The translations under genes and the position numbers were made by a program. The notes beneath the pieces are model-generated. The model made no database searches. It saw nothing but the letters and a program-made list of their open reading frames with translations, and had not been told where the DNA came from. Below, one piece after another: positions 26,026-40,403 of a stretch of DNA of 64,000 nucleotides. This DNA comes from Octopus vulgaris (lineage: Eukaryota), in NCBI GenBank assembly GCA_951406725.2, contig OX597814.1, positions 153,016,001-153,080,000 on the forward strand, given 5' to 3'. The first letter of the stretch is position 1. The number at the start of each line of letters is the position of its first letter.

Positions 26026-26525
26026 CACTCACTCATTCACTCACCCTCTCAGTCACTCGCTCACTCACTCACTCATTCACAAACACACATTACCAAAACC
26101 CTAATGGCGAAATAACGGAAGGTAGAAAATATGCTTGATGGCTTATCCTGAAACTGGAAATCCAGGACAAAAGCTTGCTTACAACAGAGAGAAGTCCGCT
26201 TAAGAAATCCAAGAGCTATAAGGTGGTGTTAAACCAGACGAAAGATGCTATCTACCACCAAAGAATAGGTACAGTTCACAAAACAAACTTCGAAGTAGTT
26301 TTTGTGTACCTAATTTCAATTTCAAGGTTCGGATCAATTTGAGTATACGTTGCAAAACACGTCTAAAGTGCCGCGTAGGAGTGAACACGGTACAACATGG
26401 TTATAAAACAAACTTCTCGACCACTTAACCATACTTGTTCTCAAAATGATATTGTGTACCATTCATGCCTTCCTCGAAAATTCCACCAGCGCTGTAAATG
26501 AATGAGATAATGTTTGTGAGTTGAA

Positions 26526-26756
26526 AGGCGGCGATCTGGCAGAATCGTTAGCACACCGGGCGAAATGCTTATCGCTATTTCGTTTGCCGCTACGTTCTGA
26601 GTTCAAATTCCACCGAGGTTGACTTTGCCTTTCATCCTTTCGGGGTCGATTAAATAAGTACCAGTTACGCACTAGGGTCGATATAATCGACGTAATCCGT
26701 TTGTCTGTCCTTGTTTGTCCTCTCTCTGTTTAGCCCCTTGTGGGTAGTAAAGAAAT
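26526..26756 (+). mobile_element. SINE family 1 monomer (tail A)
   Basis: Full head to TAAAGAAAT; flanked by imperfect TSD ATGTTTGTGA(G/A)TTGAAA. Confidence 0.9.
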
Positions 26757-27345
26757 ATTATGTTTGTGAATTGAAACTGAATTTCACTTCACCACACTGT
26801 ACCGTAATGCATCATATAAACAGCCATTATTATAAACTAATTCAATACGGTTCGGATTTTTTTTATTCCCTGTAGTTGATACGATAAATTATTGAAAGAT
26901 TATTGGTCTTAATGTTGTCTTTTCCGCACCGCATAAATATTCAGTCATCAAACAGACATAATGACGTGAATTCATTTCGCACTCCTTGTTCGTGTATTAC
27001 GTAGTCAACGAGCTGAATGGAAATGACAATACGTTTAAAGTCTTATCAAAACAAGAAGAAGAAATGAAGGAACTGCACGAAGGAGTTTAATCATAACCAA
27101 CTAACTAAACTTCCCGTAATCATATCTGGGCAGCTTGCTTTGATAGAAGTATGAGACTATGTCAGTGGCAGTATATACAGATGCATATCGTGAGATAATG
27201 TTTATGACGAATGCCTACTACACTTACTCACTTCACACTTAGCATGTAGGGGACCTGAAGTCCAATAAGTCAAGTATTATTTTAAAACAGGAAGCTGACG
27301 CATTTGTGTCTTTTTGGATTGGGAAATACGACTGTATGCAACAAT

Positions 27346-27458
<113 letters not shown>

Positions 27459-28439
27459 TTGTAATATATGAACTTTCGCACTTTCATATATTTAAAAGAT
27501 ACTGGTATATAAATTATCTAAATTTCAACTCGCGAAATTTCTCAGCATCCGGTTGTCTTTGATTTACTTCTTTTCTCCACCCCCCTCCCCCGCTCACATG
27601 CCTATTAAAAGAAGCTGATTAGATTAAGTGATGCTTGATTCCAGAACACTTAAAGAAATTTTGGTGATTCTTTACAAAACCAGGATACAATATTTTGAGG
27701 ACAATACTTATCAGAATATTGAATTTCGAATATCAGACACCAACTTAACAGGGGGCTAAAGTCACTTTTTATCTCTAGCAATGCTATTTAATCCTAGAAG
27801 TGTCATTTTATTTGGAAGTCAGGCCTTTTTTTTAATGCAAGCACCGTTACTCAAACATTTGGGTGTATGCGTATACATAATTTATATAGAGAGAGCACGT
27901 ATATGTCTTACTACTTAATATGTATGCTTTTAGAAAATTTATTCTATATTGAGCAATTTCATATAAATTTTCTTCATATAACAGTATAAAAATGTAAGTT
28001 TTTTTTTCTCTACATTTATCCATTCCAAGCAGTCATAAACTCAACCTTGTGACAGCTGGCCACAAAAGTGTTCCGTATTTTTACGCCGCCTGATGAGAGA
28101 TGTTGTTTTCAAAAAAGAAAGTTCTGCAGACGAAGAATTTTTATGGGGTAAGATCATGCATTGTATCAGAAGTTAGCTCTTTCTGTAAGAATATATAGAA
28201 AATGCCTGATTGAAACGAAACCACGGAAACTTGGATACATTGCTTATTAGAAGTACGTTCTTCTAGCCACAAAAGAGGCTTTAAATCATCGGTATATACG
28301 AACTTCACTGAAAACGTTATAGCTGTAAACTTCAAGACTCAAACTGTATTTTGTTACAATAAACGTGTAAGTACGATACTTTCTCGTTGGCTTTCTATGT
28401 ATTTAAAACACCATCTCTGTAATGTTTGGGCAAAATGCA

Positions 28440-30120
28440 CGCTTCAACTTATATTAAGTGAAGCCGACAATGCTTCTGGGTAAACTTTGTTTTGCGTAAG
28501 TCCATTGTTGGTAGAATAAATATAAAAGTCATCTGCGCTGCTAACTCGAGAGCATTCGACATATAGTTGTCCAATGAGAAAAGCAGGGTATTTGCAAATT
28601 GCGACACATAATTTTTAAAGTTTGACCCTGGGCTTTGTTGATTGTCATAGCGAAGCACAATTGCACTGGGAACTGGAGGCGTTTGAAATGAAATTGCACA
28701 TTTGAGGAAATAAGGGGCATGCGTGGAATGTATGCAATCTCTCCTCGATGACAGCCAGCAATAATGGTTGCTTCTAGGAAATGACTTGTTATTGAAGTTA
28801 CAATCAATATTGTATCATTACATAGTCGTGGTGGGTCCAAATTTTTCAAGAGCATGATAGGTGCGCCTGTGGGTTGTAGAGAGTTGAGAAATTCAACTGG
28901 ATACTCAGCAGCGGCATGTTCGTTGATGGTAGTATCAATTAGAGACACACGCTGAAGCATCTCCAGGTAGAATGTGGAGGAGTTCATGGTTTATTTTATC
29001 AATGCTTTCATTCCGAGGTACTAAAATAGCTTTCTCTACAAACCTTGCTGTGTTTTTGAAGTTATCTTGCAATGTGGGAAATACCCTTTCTTTAAGCTCG
29101 GCCAATGTAGACACCACGTGTCCATATTGCAGTACATGCTACTGCAGAGTGTTATTCAACGGTAAGGCGTCATTTCCAATTTGTAGAAGTTGATGGGAGA
29201 ATTCCTCAGCTAAGGGGTCATTGTAGCGATGTGCTCGCATATTCTTCTTTATGTATAGGCGAAAACTTCAAACACGCATAGAGCTCGTCAGCTCGTGTAC
29301 CCCTTGGTATGACTGGTAATATTTGAAGGAAATCCCCTGCAAAGACAACAGTTAAGCCCCCACCCCCCATAATGACAGTATTGTTTCTAATACCCCTTAG
29401 TAACTTATCTAGGGCTTCTAGTGCTCCACGGTGTGCCATCGTGCATTCATCCCAGACAATAAGTGTAGTTTGCAGCAGGATTTCCGTCGTCGGTGATCGT
29501 TTTGAAATATTGCACATTTGGGCATCCGTTGAACCGATCAACAAAGTTGCCGCTACCTCTAATGATGCGTCTGTCTTATTTTTGCCAGAAGTAGATTAAG
29601 TAGAAACGTTTCCCCCGTCCCTCCTGGTGCATCAGTAAAGAAAAGACGTCCTTCTTGCAAGGTAGACACTACTATTTTATTGAAAACAAACCTTTGTTCA
29701 GCTTGCAATAATGATTCACTTTCATCAAGTTGCCTTTTCAGGGCATCCAGATCGTATGCTCTTTCTCGAACGACTTCCCTTGAAAGGCCGTGATGTTCAG
29801 CTGAAGGTGGTGGAATACCATATGTCGGATAAGCTTTTGCCCCCAATGGAATTAAGCATATTTTTTAAATGCCGTAATGCTTCAGTGTAGATAACGTCCG
29901 AGTAGGAGACACTTGGTTCATGTAACCGTCGAGTTTCATGAAGGATGTCATCAGATAGGCTGTCTTTGTAGTTTTCCCGAAGTTGTAGTGGATTCGGTAA
30001 ATCGCAATGGTACAACATGATGGCGAAGAATCTGCTTAATTGGTAAGCTGTGCATGCGGTTATTGCGTCAGAAAGAGCTAAGCTCCAGTGATCGCCATCT
30101 TCGGGAAGATGTTTCGCAAA
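28440..30120 (-). mobile_element. Helitron RepHel helicase pseudogene
   Basis: [72 protein letters not shown] across several broken ORFs. Confidence 0.92.
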
Positions 30121-30599
30121 TCATGGAACTTACTATTTTAAGATCTTTGAATGACGTTGGTCCAGGAACTTTGTGGAGGAGCATCCGGAGACCGTAGCAT
30201 TCGATCTAGAGCATTACTTTTTTATGTGTGGATGCCCTTCGACGATTACACCAAGCTTTCTCCTCTTCGTTTTTTTTTCTTGCCAAGAGTATGTGCCACA
30301 CCAGAGTACCGACCAAAGCAGTAAAGCGTGGAAGCTAACGCAGTATCTGTTCCAGAAGTTAGTTCCAGAAGTTGCTTGGTGATTGATTTTTTTCACTGGT
30401 CCCCCAAGGAATTCTTTGTTTGAACATAACTTTATTGTAAAGCAAGAAAAGCTTTGTTTAGCCCATTGACTATTGGGTCACTTCCATCCTCAGCACTTGA
30501 TTTTGACTAGGTCAGGGAGAGCTCTGACAGGCTGTATGCAAATGAGTTCATTACTGGGTTCCGGAACTCTCATGGGAACAAAAATTTCGCGTCTGGAAC

Positions 30600-31200
30600 A
30601 CCGTCTACGAGAAGCCCCGCAAGTCAATAAGGGCCAATCATCTCCATATGTCGGAGTCAGCTCATATAAGACGTATGGTGCACGAAGACATCAGCTATAA
30701 ATCCTGTGTTATGTAAAAGGGCAGTTCATATCCGATAAGACCCGGATGGGAGCGTGTGATCCGGTCGAAGCGTTTACTAAACAAACTCAAGCACCTCAAG
30801 GAGTCCGACATGCTCTAGTTCTTCTCAAATGAGAACGTTGATCAAGATCAAAAGTGAACAGGAGGAATGACAAATGTCTCTGCGCCAGCCCCACAGAAAT
30901 CTCCACTCTTACGCATACCAAATATCCATCTCTTGTGATGGTCTTGGGGATCCTGAGCAATGAGGGCCATGTCATACCTTTTCATTTTTTTTGTCGCAAG
31001 GTGTTGGGGTCAAAGCGGCAGCCTACATTGAGACAATGGAGACGCTTGTAAAACCTTGGATTGCATTCTAGTTCATCCTAACTCAGCCAGCGTGACCCAG
31101 GATTAAATGGTTGAAAAATTTTCATGATCATGTTATTCTACATATTTGGTTTAGACCCTCTGAACTACTATTTCTGGGCACCGTTGAGAAGTTGACTAAG
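30600..31200 (+). mobile_element. IS630-Tc1-mariner (maT/DD37D-like) transposase remnant
   Basis: DQDQKVNRRND...TKYPSLVMVLGILSNEGHVIPFHFF; decayed. Confidence 0.6.
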
Positions 31201-31374
31201 CATGGCCCTGTTACAAGTTCTAAATGTAATAGGTTCAATGTTGTAACGGGGTTGGTTGTCGCGTATTTGAATGTGACAATACCCCAATATATCGTGGAAA
31301 TAAACGCATGTGTAAATAAATGTCAAAAGGCATGATTTGTTTTTAAAGCATAGTAATTTATTAGGGATTGTTGA

Positions 31375-31650
31375 CAAGCCTTGTGAGTGGATTTGGTAAA
31401 CGGAAACTGAAAGAAGACCGTCGTGTGTGTGTGTGTGTGTGTGTTACTGTGTTCCCCCCCCCCCCCCCCAACATCGCTTGACAACCGATGCTGGTATGTT
31501 TACGTCCCCGTAACTTAGCGGTTTGGCAAAAGAGACCAATAGAATAAGTACTGGGCTTACAAAGAATAAGTCCAGGGGTCGATTTGCTCGACTAAAGGCG
31601 GTGCTCCAGCATGGCCGCAGTCAAATGACTGAAACACGTAAAAGAGTAAG
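31375..31650 (+). mobile_element. SINE family 3, 3' part
   Basis: agccttgtgagtggatttgg...(GT)n...atcgcttgacaaccgatg...atgactgaaac, as in 55595-55990. Confidence 0.8.
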
Positions 31651-32274
31651 TGCTGAGCAAAGTGAACATATACATGTAGGAGTCAGATGGAAGTCACGAA
31701 AACTTACAATTGCACAAGTAGGTTAGAAGTTTGTGGTGCTAAGGATGTAAGAAAAACGAACAGGCAGTAGCTGATGGTACGCAAGCTGGCGTGAAATGTC
31801 AAGATCTGTCCGCTGCCGGTTATGGAGATCTGTTCGCTGACGGCTGTGGCGTCGAGGTCTTCTGTTGACCGACTGCGAAAAGGCGCGCTCTCTTGCTGGG
31901 CTGATGACTGCTGCTTTTATAGGTACACCACCAGCTTCGATTGGCTGCCGTTACCAAAGCACAACTGTGCTAATCCGCGATGACGAAATATGGTTTCCTT
32001 AACTCCCTATAGCCACAATAACAAGGACTCGCTAATGTCTGCTATTGTGGGACATAAAGTCCAACATAAATTAAGATCACCTGCTCAACGCATTTACTCG
32101 TTTCAGAAGCCGTATCGAGGCAATAATCGAGATTGATAGCGGCTTTGTTGAATAGCCTTTTGCAAAGTGTGTGTAAGAGTGTGTACTAGATTCTATAAAA
32201 ATATATTGGATTTTCTCATAAATATTTTTGTTTTCCTTAAATTGAAATTTTGTTCTCAAATAGTTGATGCACCT

Positions 32275-32343
<69 letters not shown>

Positions 32344-33914
32344 TAATAGTAGTTAACCCCGTTTCAATAAACTATTAATTTAAAGTTTTGCTTGTGTTTT
32401 TCTCTTATTAATAATAGCTTAGTTTAGCGATTCGAGGGACGGCGAAATCCCTTCATGTCGGTGCCAATCGCTGTTGCTGGACACGCTTATGTAAGCGGAG
32501 ACCTGACCCGAAATCCTACAATCCGTTGGAGGACAGAGAAGGAGATACAAAGATCAAGTTGGTGTCATCCCGCGGTAATGCAAAATTCCTCCGATGGATC
32601 TAGAATCTCTTACTGCAGATCAACGTGGGTGATGGACTACCTGCCGTCAAGCTTGTGAAATAGTCGTGACAAAATGTCATCAGTGACTTGATGAGCACCG
32701 AGTGAGGCCTGTTGCGGCTACTGCTAGATCGCCTCCAACACCAAACGCATCGATTCCTTGTCTTATTAATAATATTAAAAACGTGCTCTGCTTTTCTTTT
32801 TAGTAGCACAGTGGTGAAACTAGTTCTTTCACACTGTGACCATGGAACCAGAAACAAATATTGTACTGCATCTACAAAAAGCTGCTTACGCACAAACACG
32901 CCGAAGTTGTCTATTTCTTATATATTGTAACGACTTGTATTATAATCATCTTCGACATTGCAACAATATGATAATTGATATATGATAATTAAATGGCTAT
33001 ATTAATAGTCAAGCAAATATTGTTCTTCATTCATTTACACGAAACATCTTTGTTTATATAACTGCAAAACTTCTCCGTCTACATAACTGGAAAACTCTGT
33101 TGTCAAAAACGTTACAAAATGGTGGCCACCGATCAAGGACAACACGCCTTCTGAAACAATGGCAGTGTGTCGCTACAAATAGCAGCTTTCTACCCGAGAC
33201 TCGAGAACTGCAGTATGCAAAAATCGTTACACTCGACATTAAGGAATTACAATCTTCTCTTCAACCAAGCATGCAACTTTCTACGATTAAAGATAAACAA
33301 CTTTCTATAATTAGAGACGAGGATCAAATCCTACCGTTTCACTTTGAAGTACACTGTTACAACCAAGACACGATCCGTAAACCAGTAAAGAAAGCAACGT
33401 AAAATTCTGCAGTCCACCTTCCAATTGGCCATAACCCACTTTTATCTGCAAAAACAACACAACCGACTGAGAAAGTACGGTGCACTGAATAACCAAACTG
33501 CATACCTGCAAGTTTACATTTACCAGGACATACATGAATTGCACGCGCCGCTGCACAATCACATAAATAACACCTGTCCAAGCAAACATCTCTGAAACTA
33601 TGGAATCCTGCAAGCCCTACAATTTCGACAGTCAAAACCCTTTCCGCTTGAGTCCTGAAGGTAAAAAAACAAATCCTACATTTATCCTGCAGTCTACACA
33701 GATTATTGTGCAAATTGACTTCGGCTATCCTTCGATAAGCTAAAGAGATAATGAAAGTGCTTGTTCGACAATTTCCGTACAAAATTTTTATTCAATTTTT
33801 TTTTCTACAGTTGAATCGCTTATGTTAATGTATGTCTTGTCTTTGTATTGTGTGCATGTATATACGTATATGTGTGTAAGTACTATTATTCTTCTCTCTC
33901 CCTCTCTCTCTTTT

Positions 33915-34280
33915 ACTCTTTTACTTGTTTCAGTCATTTGACTGCGGCCATGCTGGAGCACCGCCTTTAGTCGAGCAAATCGACACCAGGACTTATTCTT
34001 TGAAAGCCTAGTACTTATTCTATCGGTCGCTTTTGCCGAACCGCTAAGTTACTGGGACGCAAACACACCACCATCGGTTGTCAAGCGACGCTGGCGAGAC
34101 AAATACACACACACAAACATACACACACACACGCACACACACACACACACCTACACTTTCCGTCTACCAAATCCACTCACAAGGCTTTGGTCGGCCCGAG
34201 GCTATAGTAGAAGACACTTGCCCAAGGTGCCATGTGGTTGGTAAGCAAGCTACTTACCACACAATCACTCCCGCGCCTGT
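33915..34280 (-). mobile_element. SINE family 3
   Basis: Reverse complement of the 55595-55990 family, with CCTTGGGCAAGT core and internal (CA)n. Confidence 0.85.
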
Positions 34281-34397
34281 ATTTTTTGTTATATATGTAT
34301 GTTTATGTACGTATGTATATATGTGTATGTATGTGTATACACAGGCACTCATACATAAGCAGTACTTACACAAATATACATACATACATGCACACAA

Positions 34398-34790
34398 ATG
34401 GATGGAAGCACTCCGTCGGTTACGACGATGAGGGTTCCGGTTGATCCGAATCAACGGAACAGCCTGCTCGTGAAATTAACGTGTAAGTGGCTGAGCACTC
34501 CACAGACACGTGCACCCTTAACGTAGTTCTCGGGGATATTCAGCGTGACACAGAGAGTGACAAGGCCGGCCCCTTGAAATACAGGTGCAACAGAAACAGG
34601 AAGTAAGAGTGAGAGAAAGTTGTGGTGAAAGAGTACAGCAGGGATCACCACCATCCCCTGCCGGAGCCACGTGGAGCTTCTTTTATGTGTTTTCGCCCAA
34701 TAAACACTCACAACGCCTGGTCTGGGAATCGAAACCGCGATCCTATGACCGCGAGTCCGCTGCCCTAACCACTAGGCCATTGCGCCTCCA
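34398..34790 (-). mobile_element. tRNA-derived SINE family 4
   Basis: Minus strand TGGAGGCGCAATGGCCTAGTGG (A box), GGTTTCGATTCC (B box); different body and tail ending GACGGAGTGCTTCCATCCAT. Confidence 0.8.
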
Positions 34791-35325
34791 CGCACACAAA
34801 TAATACATATACAAAAAATACATAAACATAAGCGATTCAGCTGAAATAAAATTGAAAAAAATAAACATTTTTTACGAAAATTGATAAGCAAGCACTTTCA
34901 TTATCCCCCTACCTTTATCGAAAGATAGCCTAGACTTTTACAGACTATCAAGAACTTTTTCCTTGCATGCCCCTATTTTTTCTTGCTTCTCAGCACTAGA
35001 TTTCATGCACAGGGCACTCTTCCCATCAAGTTTGTTATTTCATATTTCTTTCCTTTGTTTACATTGTTTCGTACTGTTTACAATGCTGTCTGTACTGCAA
35101 ACTTCTATTTGTTTACATGTTAGAACGGTTATAAACTGCAACACTATATTTCAATTTGATTCCGCGACGACTCATTCCACGACAACACATTTCCGCGCCG
35201 ACCCATTTTAACGACGATTCGTTTCCTCGACGGCTCAATTTCGCGAAGATTTCATTTCCACAAAGATTCATTCAGCGAAAACGTGCATATGTTTTTATAA
35301 TATTCCATATTTTTTTATAATGTAT

Positions 35326-35555
35326 ATTTCTTTATTACCCACAAGGGGCTAAACACAGAGAGGACGAACAAGGACAGACAAATGGATTAAGTCGATTACA
35401 TCGACCCCAGTGTGTAACTGTTACTTAATTTATCGACCCCGAAAGGATGAAAGGCAAAGTGGACCTCGGCGGAATTTGAACCCAGAACGTAACGGCAGAC
35501 GAAATACGGCTACGCATTTCGCCCGGCGCGCTAACGATTCTGCCAGTTCGCCGCC
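35326..35555 (-). mobile_element. SINE family 1 monomer (tail A)
   Basis: Complete head, body and tail on the minus strand. Confidence 0.9.
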
Positions 35556-36679
35556 TATTATTTTATTTATTTTTTTTTTTTTTTAATAATGTATCTCTCT
35601 TTGGTCGCTTGCTCGTTATTTCATACACACGTATCGTACATGCATTTGGAGAAAACAGTTTCTCCAAATGCATGTTTTTTTTTGCTACATGTTTCACTTA
35701 AATGTTTGCAGATTTTTCGCAATTTGAGCTTCGCACTATAACATTCAAAATACATGCATCCATGCCTACACCCAGTTATACACATGCACCTCGTTATTTA
35801 TGCGTTATTTGTGCTCTTTTCCCCGACTCACAGTACATCCGATGTTTGATCATACTCTCTTGCACCCTTACTTCCTGTCGCAACTTACCTCAATAAGATC
35901 CCAGGATGGTCACAGTATGTATATACAGAAAGTTTGCCTGACTTTCTCAGCACGCCAGCATGTCACTTGCAATTTATCGTTTTGCTTAAATCACAGCAAA
36001 CGTATACGACCACAACGTTAAACTCATTTTACCTCTGCAATACATTTAAAGCATTTAACCCAGCATACACACTTCTGCCCAATAATTTTCAAATTACATC
36101 ATGGTTTGAGAATGCACCTTCTCACCCCAGCTCCGTTCAATGAAAGTCCGTGGCTGCTCCTTCTCTCGGACATGTACACACAACTCATTACTAAATCCCG
36201 CTCACGCTTACTTAATACTGGTCAAAGCCAGTCCGCACACAAAGCAACAAAGCAACCTTGAACTATTCAAGGCAACCTTGAACTATTCACACACAAAAGC
36301 AACCTTGAACTATTCGGACCCACTCGAATAGATACTTGTCTCGTTACATCGCCTCAGTTACTTTCCCTTGACATCCATGATTTTTCTGGCCTGGCATCAC
36401 ATCCATCTGCAATTTAACACTTAACAATCACAGTTTTGAACGTTCTACAATTTTCATAGTGCACATACCTACAATTTTTCCTATTATCGATCCTTTGTCA
36501 GCGTCAAACTGAATGGAAAGTGATATAGCGAACAGCAACAGTATAGTTAAGCTGGGATTCGAAACCAAATCCACATTTTCATGCCTGGTCAAGCAGATCC
36601 ACGGTCTATTGTCTTAGCCTTATTGCACTCAGAGATTAATGAGAAGTTGACCTCTTGAGCTTTCTCGAGCCAGTCTTCG

Positions 36680-37080
36680 GCCAGGTGGCAGAAACGTTAG
36701 GACGCCAGGCGAAATACTTAGCGGTATTTCGTCTGCGCTACGTTCTGAGTTCAAATTCCGCTGAGGTCAACTTTGACTTTCATCCTTTCGGGGTCGATTA
36801 AATAAGTACCATTTACGCACTGGGGTCGATATAATTCGTTTTTGTCTGTCCTTGTTTGTCCTCTCTGTGTTTAGCCCCTTGTGGGTAGTAAAGAAATAGG
36901 TATTTCGTCGCCGTTACGTTGTGAGTTCAAATTCCGTCGAGGTCGAGTTTGCCTTTCATCCTTTCGGGGTCGATAAATTAAGTACCAGTTACGCACTGGG
37001 GTCGATGTAATCTACTTAATCCGTTTGTCTGACCTTGTTTGTCCCCTCTGTGTGTAACCCTTTGTGGGCAGTAAAGAAAT
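36680..37080 (+). mobile_element. SINE family 1 dimer
   Basis: Second body starts at GGTATTTCG (36899) directly after the first tail ...AAAGAAATA. Confidence 0.9.
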
Positions 37081-37557
37081 AAGAACTAAAAAAGACAACG
37101 AACCTTATTGTTCTACTTGACCTAATTCAGTTACCAGCAAGTTATAAAAACACAAACAAACAGCTGTCTTCCTCTCTTTGGCCAATCGTTTCTGGGCAGA
37201 CAACTCTGTCAGTAAGCTGATCAACGCATGCGACGGAAGACCTCTTAATGTATCATTCTGCCTAGATTATTTTGCACTGTCTTTCTTTTTAGCAGCACAG
37301 TGATGAAGCTAGCTCCTTCACACAATGACCATGGAATCAGAAACAAATATTCTACAAAGTTGTGAACACACAAACAACTCGTCGAAGTTGTATATTTGTT
37401 ATGCATTGTAACGACTTGCATTATAATCATCATCAAACATTGTAGCAATATGATAATCGACATGTAATAAATGGCCACAATCAAACAAGCAGCTATTGTT
37501 TCTGTCATCACTTCTCTGCTGCACTATGACATAAAACTTCATCATTGTTACAAATTA

Positions 37558-37947
37558 CTAGCAGTATTGCCCGGCGTTGCTCGGGTTTGTTTCGACCCTT
37601 TAGAATTGGAATTTTTGAAAAGTAAAAATTTTGCATTATGTAGCTTGTTATACTCTTTAAGTGAACATTTTTCTGGTTGAAATCTACCGAAAAATGGCGA
37701 CACAGCAGTCAAAAATCGTAAAAAATAGGGATTTTCATAGAAAAAAAAGCACCTTTTTTATGTAAATAATTTTTGGTCTTAACATGATCCGATTTGAATT
37801 TTATCTTCTACGGAATGAAGAGCAAGCCTTCTTCTATCATACTCTCAATTTTGGTCAACTTGCGCCGCAGGGTCTCAGAGGAGATAGTGTTAGTTGAAGC
37901 CTAACAAACCTGCCACACACAGACAACTTCAGCTTTATACATATAGA
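37558..37947 (-). mobile_element. Non-autonomous Helitron
   Basis: Minus strand 5' TCTATATGTATAAA ... CCCGAGCAACGCCGGG hairpin and CTAG; A|T target. Confidence 0.88.
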
Positions 37948-38654
37948 TAATTCAGTTTTAATAATTAGTTACTTGATAACTCTAGGGCTGAACAGAAAAT
38001 TACATATTTAAATCGGTTTAGAAAAAATAAACAGTATAAAATACAGGGCACATCTGCAAAATATATATAGAGAGTTTAAAAAGAAGTTTTTAAAAATACA
38101 TATTCAGTTAAGCATCCGAAGCAATAAAACAATATAGCCCATTGTTAATAATTCATCTAAATTGGCTAACATATAAAAATTCTCAGTATACGCATACATT
38201 CTTCATGAAAAGTAAAAATAGCTTTTATTCGAGCAAATACATTTGGCTGTCTCTGATTTCTATCTAGCACGGTGATCTACATCTTAAAGAGGAGAATCGA
38301 GTTGTTGTTTGGCTCTAGCTCAATCCCAATTAAGCAAACTTGTGACCTCAACATCATTTTTTTCGAGCAAAGTGTTTATCTAACTCTGCTGGGTGTGATT
38401 TGCGGGAGGTCTGACTGCTATTTCTAACATTCGAACGCTTTATTCGTTCGAGGCTAGAATCGTAATATAGTAAGAATAACACGAAATATAAAACAACAAA
38501 GATTATCAAAATTAATGCATAATGATAAACATTGTTTGCACTTATTGTTTACTTTAAAGCTAGTTCTGACCTGTTCCAACCAACATACGGTTAATAGAAT
38601 TCAAACCAAAACATCTTTATCAACGTTCTTTTGTAATACATACGCGCGCGCGCG

Positions 38655-39859
38655 CAGGAAGTAAATAGACACCTTTAATTTTCAAAATCTTTTATTCGAT
38701 ACGCAAAGCCAACAATTGAAATGTAATCGATAGGTAGGACTACATACTTTAGTATTTAGTTTACATTCCTTTTGCAGTTTTTAATTCAGAAACTCTTTTT
38801 GGCATTGAACTGATGAGCTTTGTGGAATTTCTGCCCACTTTTCACGCAACAATCGAAACAATTCATCTTTAGATTTAGGTTTCTGTCGAGTTCTATCTAG
38901 TATGCTCCAAAGATTTTCAATTGGGTTCATGTCAGGAGATTGGCTCGGCTAAGGAAGCTTTTTGATCCCATTTTCAGTCAACCATTGTTGATTCCTTTTC
39001 GCTGTGTGGCATGGAGCCCCATCTTCCATGAATAAAAACTCATTTTTCGTTATGTTATCGTGTGAATACATCGGAAGTATTCCTTGCTTAAATATTTCGA
39101 TGTATTTTTCAGAGTTTATGATTCCAACACATTCGATCAGCTCAGAACCACCATTGCTGGTGACAACTCCCCATACCATTATAGAGATACCGCCATGCTT
39201 CACAATTGTCATTTCAAATCAAATTCTTGATTGGGAAGCCTCCAGACCCAAACACGTCCACTCTCTGAAAATAATGCAAATCTGGATTCATCTGAGAAAA
39301 TCACTCTATCCCAAAATGAACTGGATTTTTCTCTGACATCTTAGCTCATTTCTTTCTTTTCATGATATTAATTGGTTGAAGGGGAGGTTTTCTTCTAGCT
39401 GCTCGTCCAGATATGTAACACACGTTATTGGACTAACTTCTGGCTGTTTTGCAATATCAGAAGCCTTCGAACTGGGTTCGTTTTCCACAATTCTTTTCAA
39501 ATAGCGAAGCTTCCTTTCCGAGGGCCCAGGTCGGCCGGGACGAGAATCTGTTGATTCTTTTCCTTGGCTTTTGAATTGCACTATAATTCTATTAACAGTA
39601 ACAAGAGGAATTTGAAGATTTTCGGCAATTTTTCGCCGGCTAGGACCAGCCTCAGATTGCCCAACAATACGACATCTTTGAAAATCTGACAGTTCTGCTG
39701 AATATTTTGTGCGTGGCATGGTTACTCTTCGCAAATGTTCAATATAATGGCACCTGGAATGAAAAAGAATAATTACATTGTAAATTCTACACCGCTGAAA
39801 ACATATTAAGACGCTTAGATCAGAAATTTTGAAAATTAAAGGTGTCTATTTACTTCCTG
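38655..39859 (-). mobile_element. Full-length Tc1-like transposon, inactive
   Basis: Perfect ~34-bp TIRs CAGGAAGTAAATAGACACCTTTAATTTTCAAAAT; paired-like HTH (39360-39734), FSDESRF, KHGGISIMVWG, EDGAPCH, PSQSPDMNPIENLW; frameshifts and stop codons. Confidence 0.93.
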
Positions 39860-40101
39860 CATGTCTGTGTATATGTGTATATGTGTGTGTGTGTGTGTAG
39901 ACAAAGAAAGTTACCTATTAATTAGTTATGAGTATGCAGCATTTATTAAAAGAAAGCAATTATTAAAATGTACACTGTCTAGAAAATTATTAAAAATCTT
40001 AATTAAATTTTTTTTTTATCAAAATGTGTTTTCATATACTACTGAAAATTTTAACTACAGAAAATTAGTTTTAATTCACTTTGAGTTAGTGTTCCCTCCT
40101 T

Positions 40102-40172
<71 letters not shown>

Positions 40173-40403
40173 TTCTCTCTCTCACTCGCTCATACACTTC
40201 ACGGTGCTACTTTCTACAGTCATATCAGTAAGATCATTTATCCAGATTATAAGTTTAATCCAGCACCAGCCAAATTATGTTGACTGTAGTATTCTTTTAT
40301 CCTTGCTTTTGAAGAAATAGAAAGCTGAAGAAAAGTGTTTTAATTTACTTTCGTCAATTGTGCCAAATGTTAACTTATATATATATATTTAAAAAAATAA
40401 ATG

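Noticed and set aside
28085-28135. CTGATGAGAGATGTTGTTTTCAAAA as a hammerhead
   Set aside because: No GAAA directly after the putative stem II and no credible stem III.
29930-29958. Minus-strand CTGATGA...GAAAC
   Set aside because: It lies in Helitron coding sequence (SDDILHET) and has no stem II; a chance match.
31240-32060. Possible minus-strand LTR (CTTTTATA, GC-rich repeats); similar case at ~60920-61535
   Set aside because: I could not find matched TG...CA ends with a TSD.
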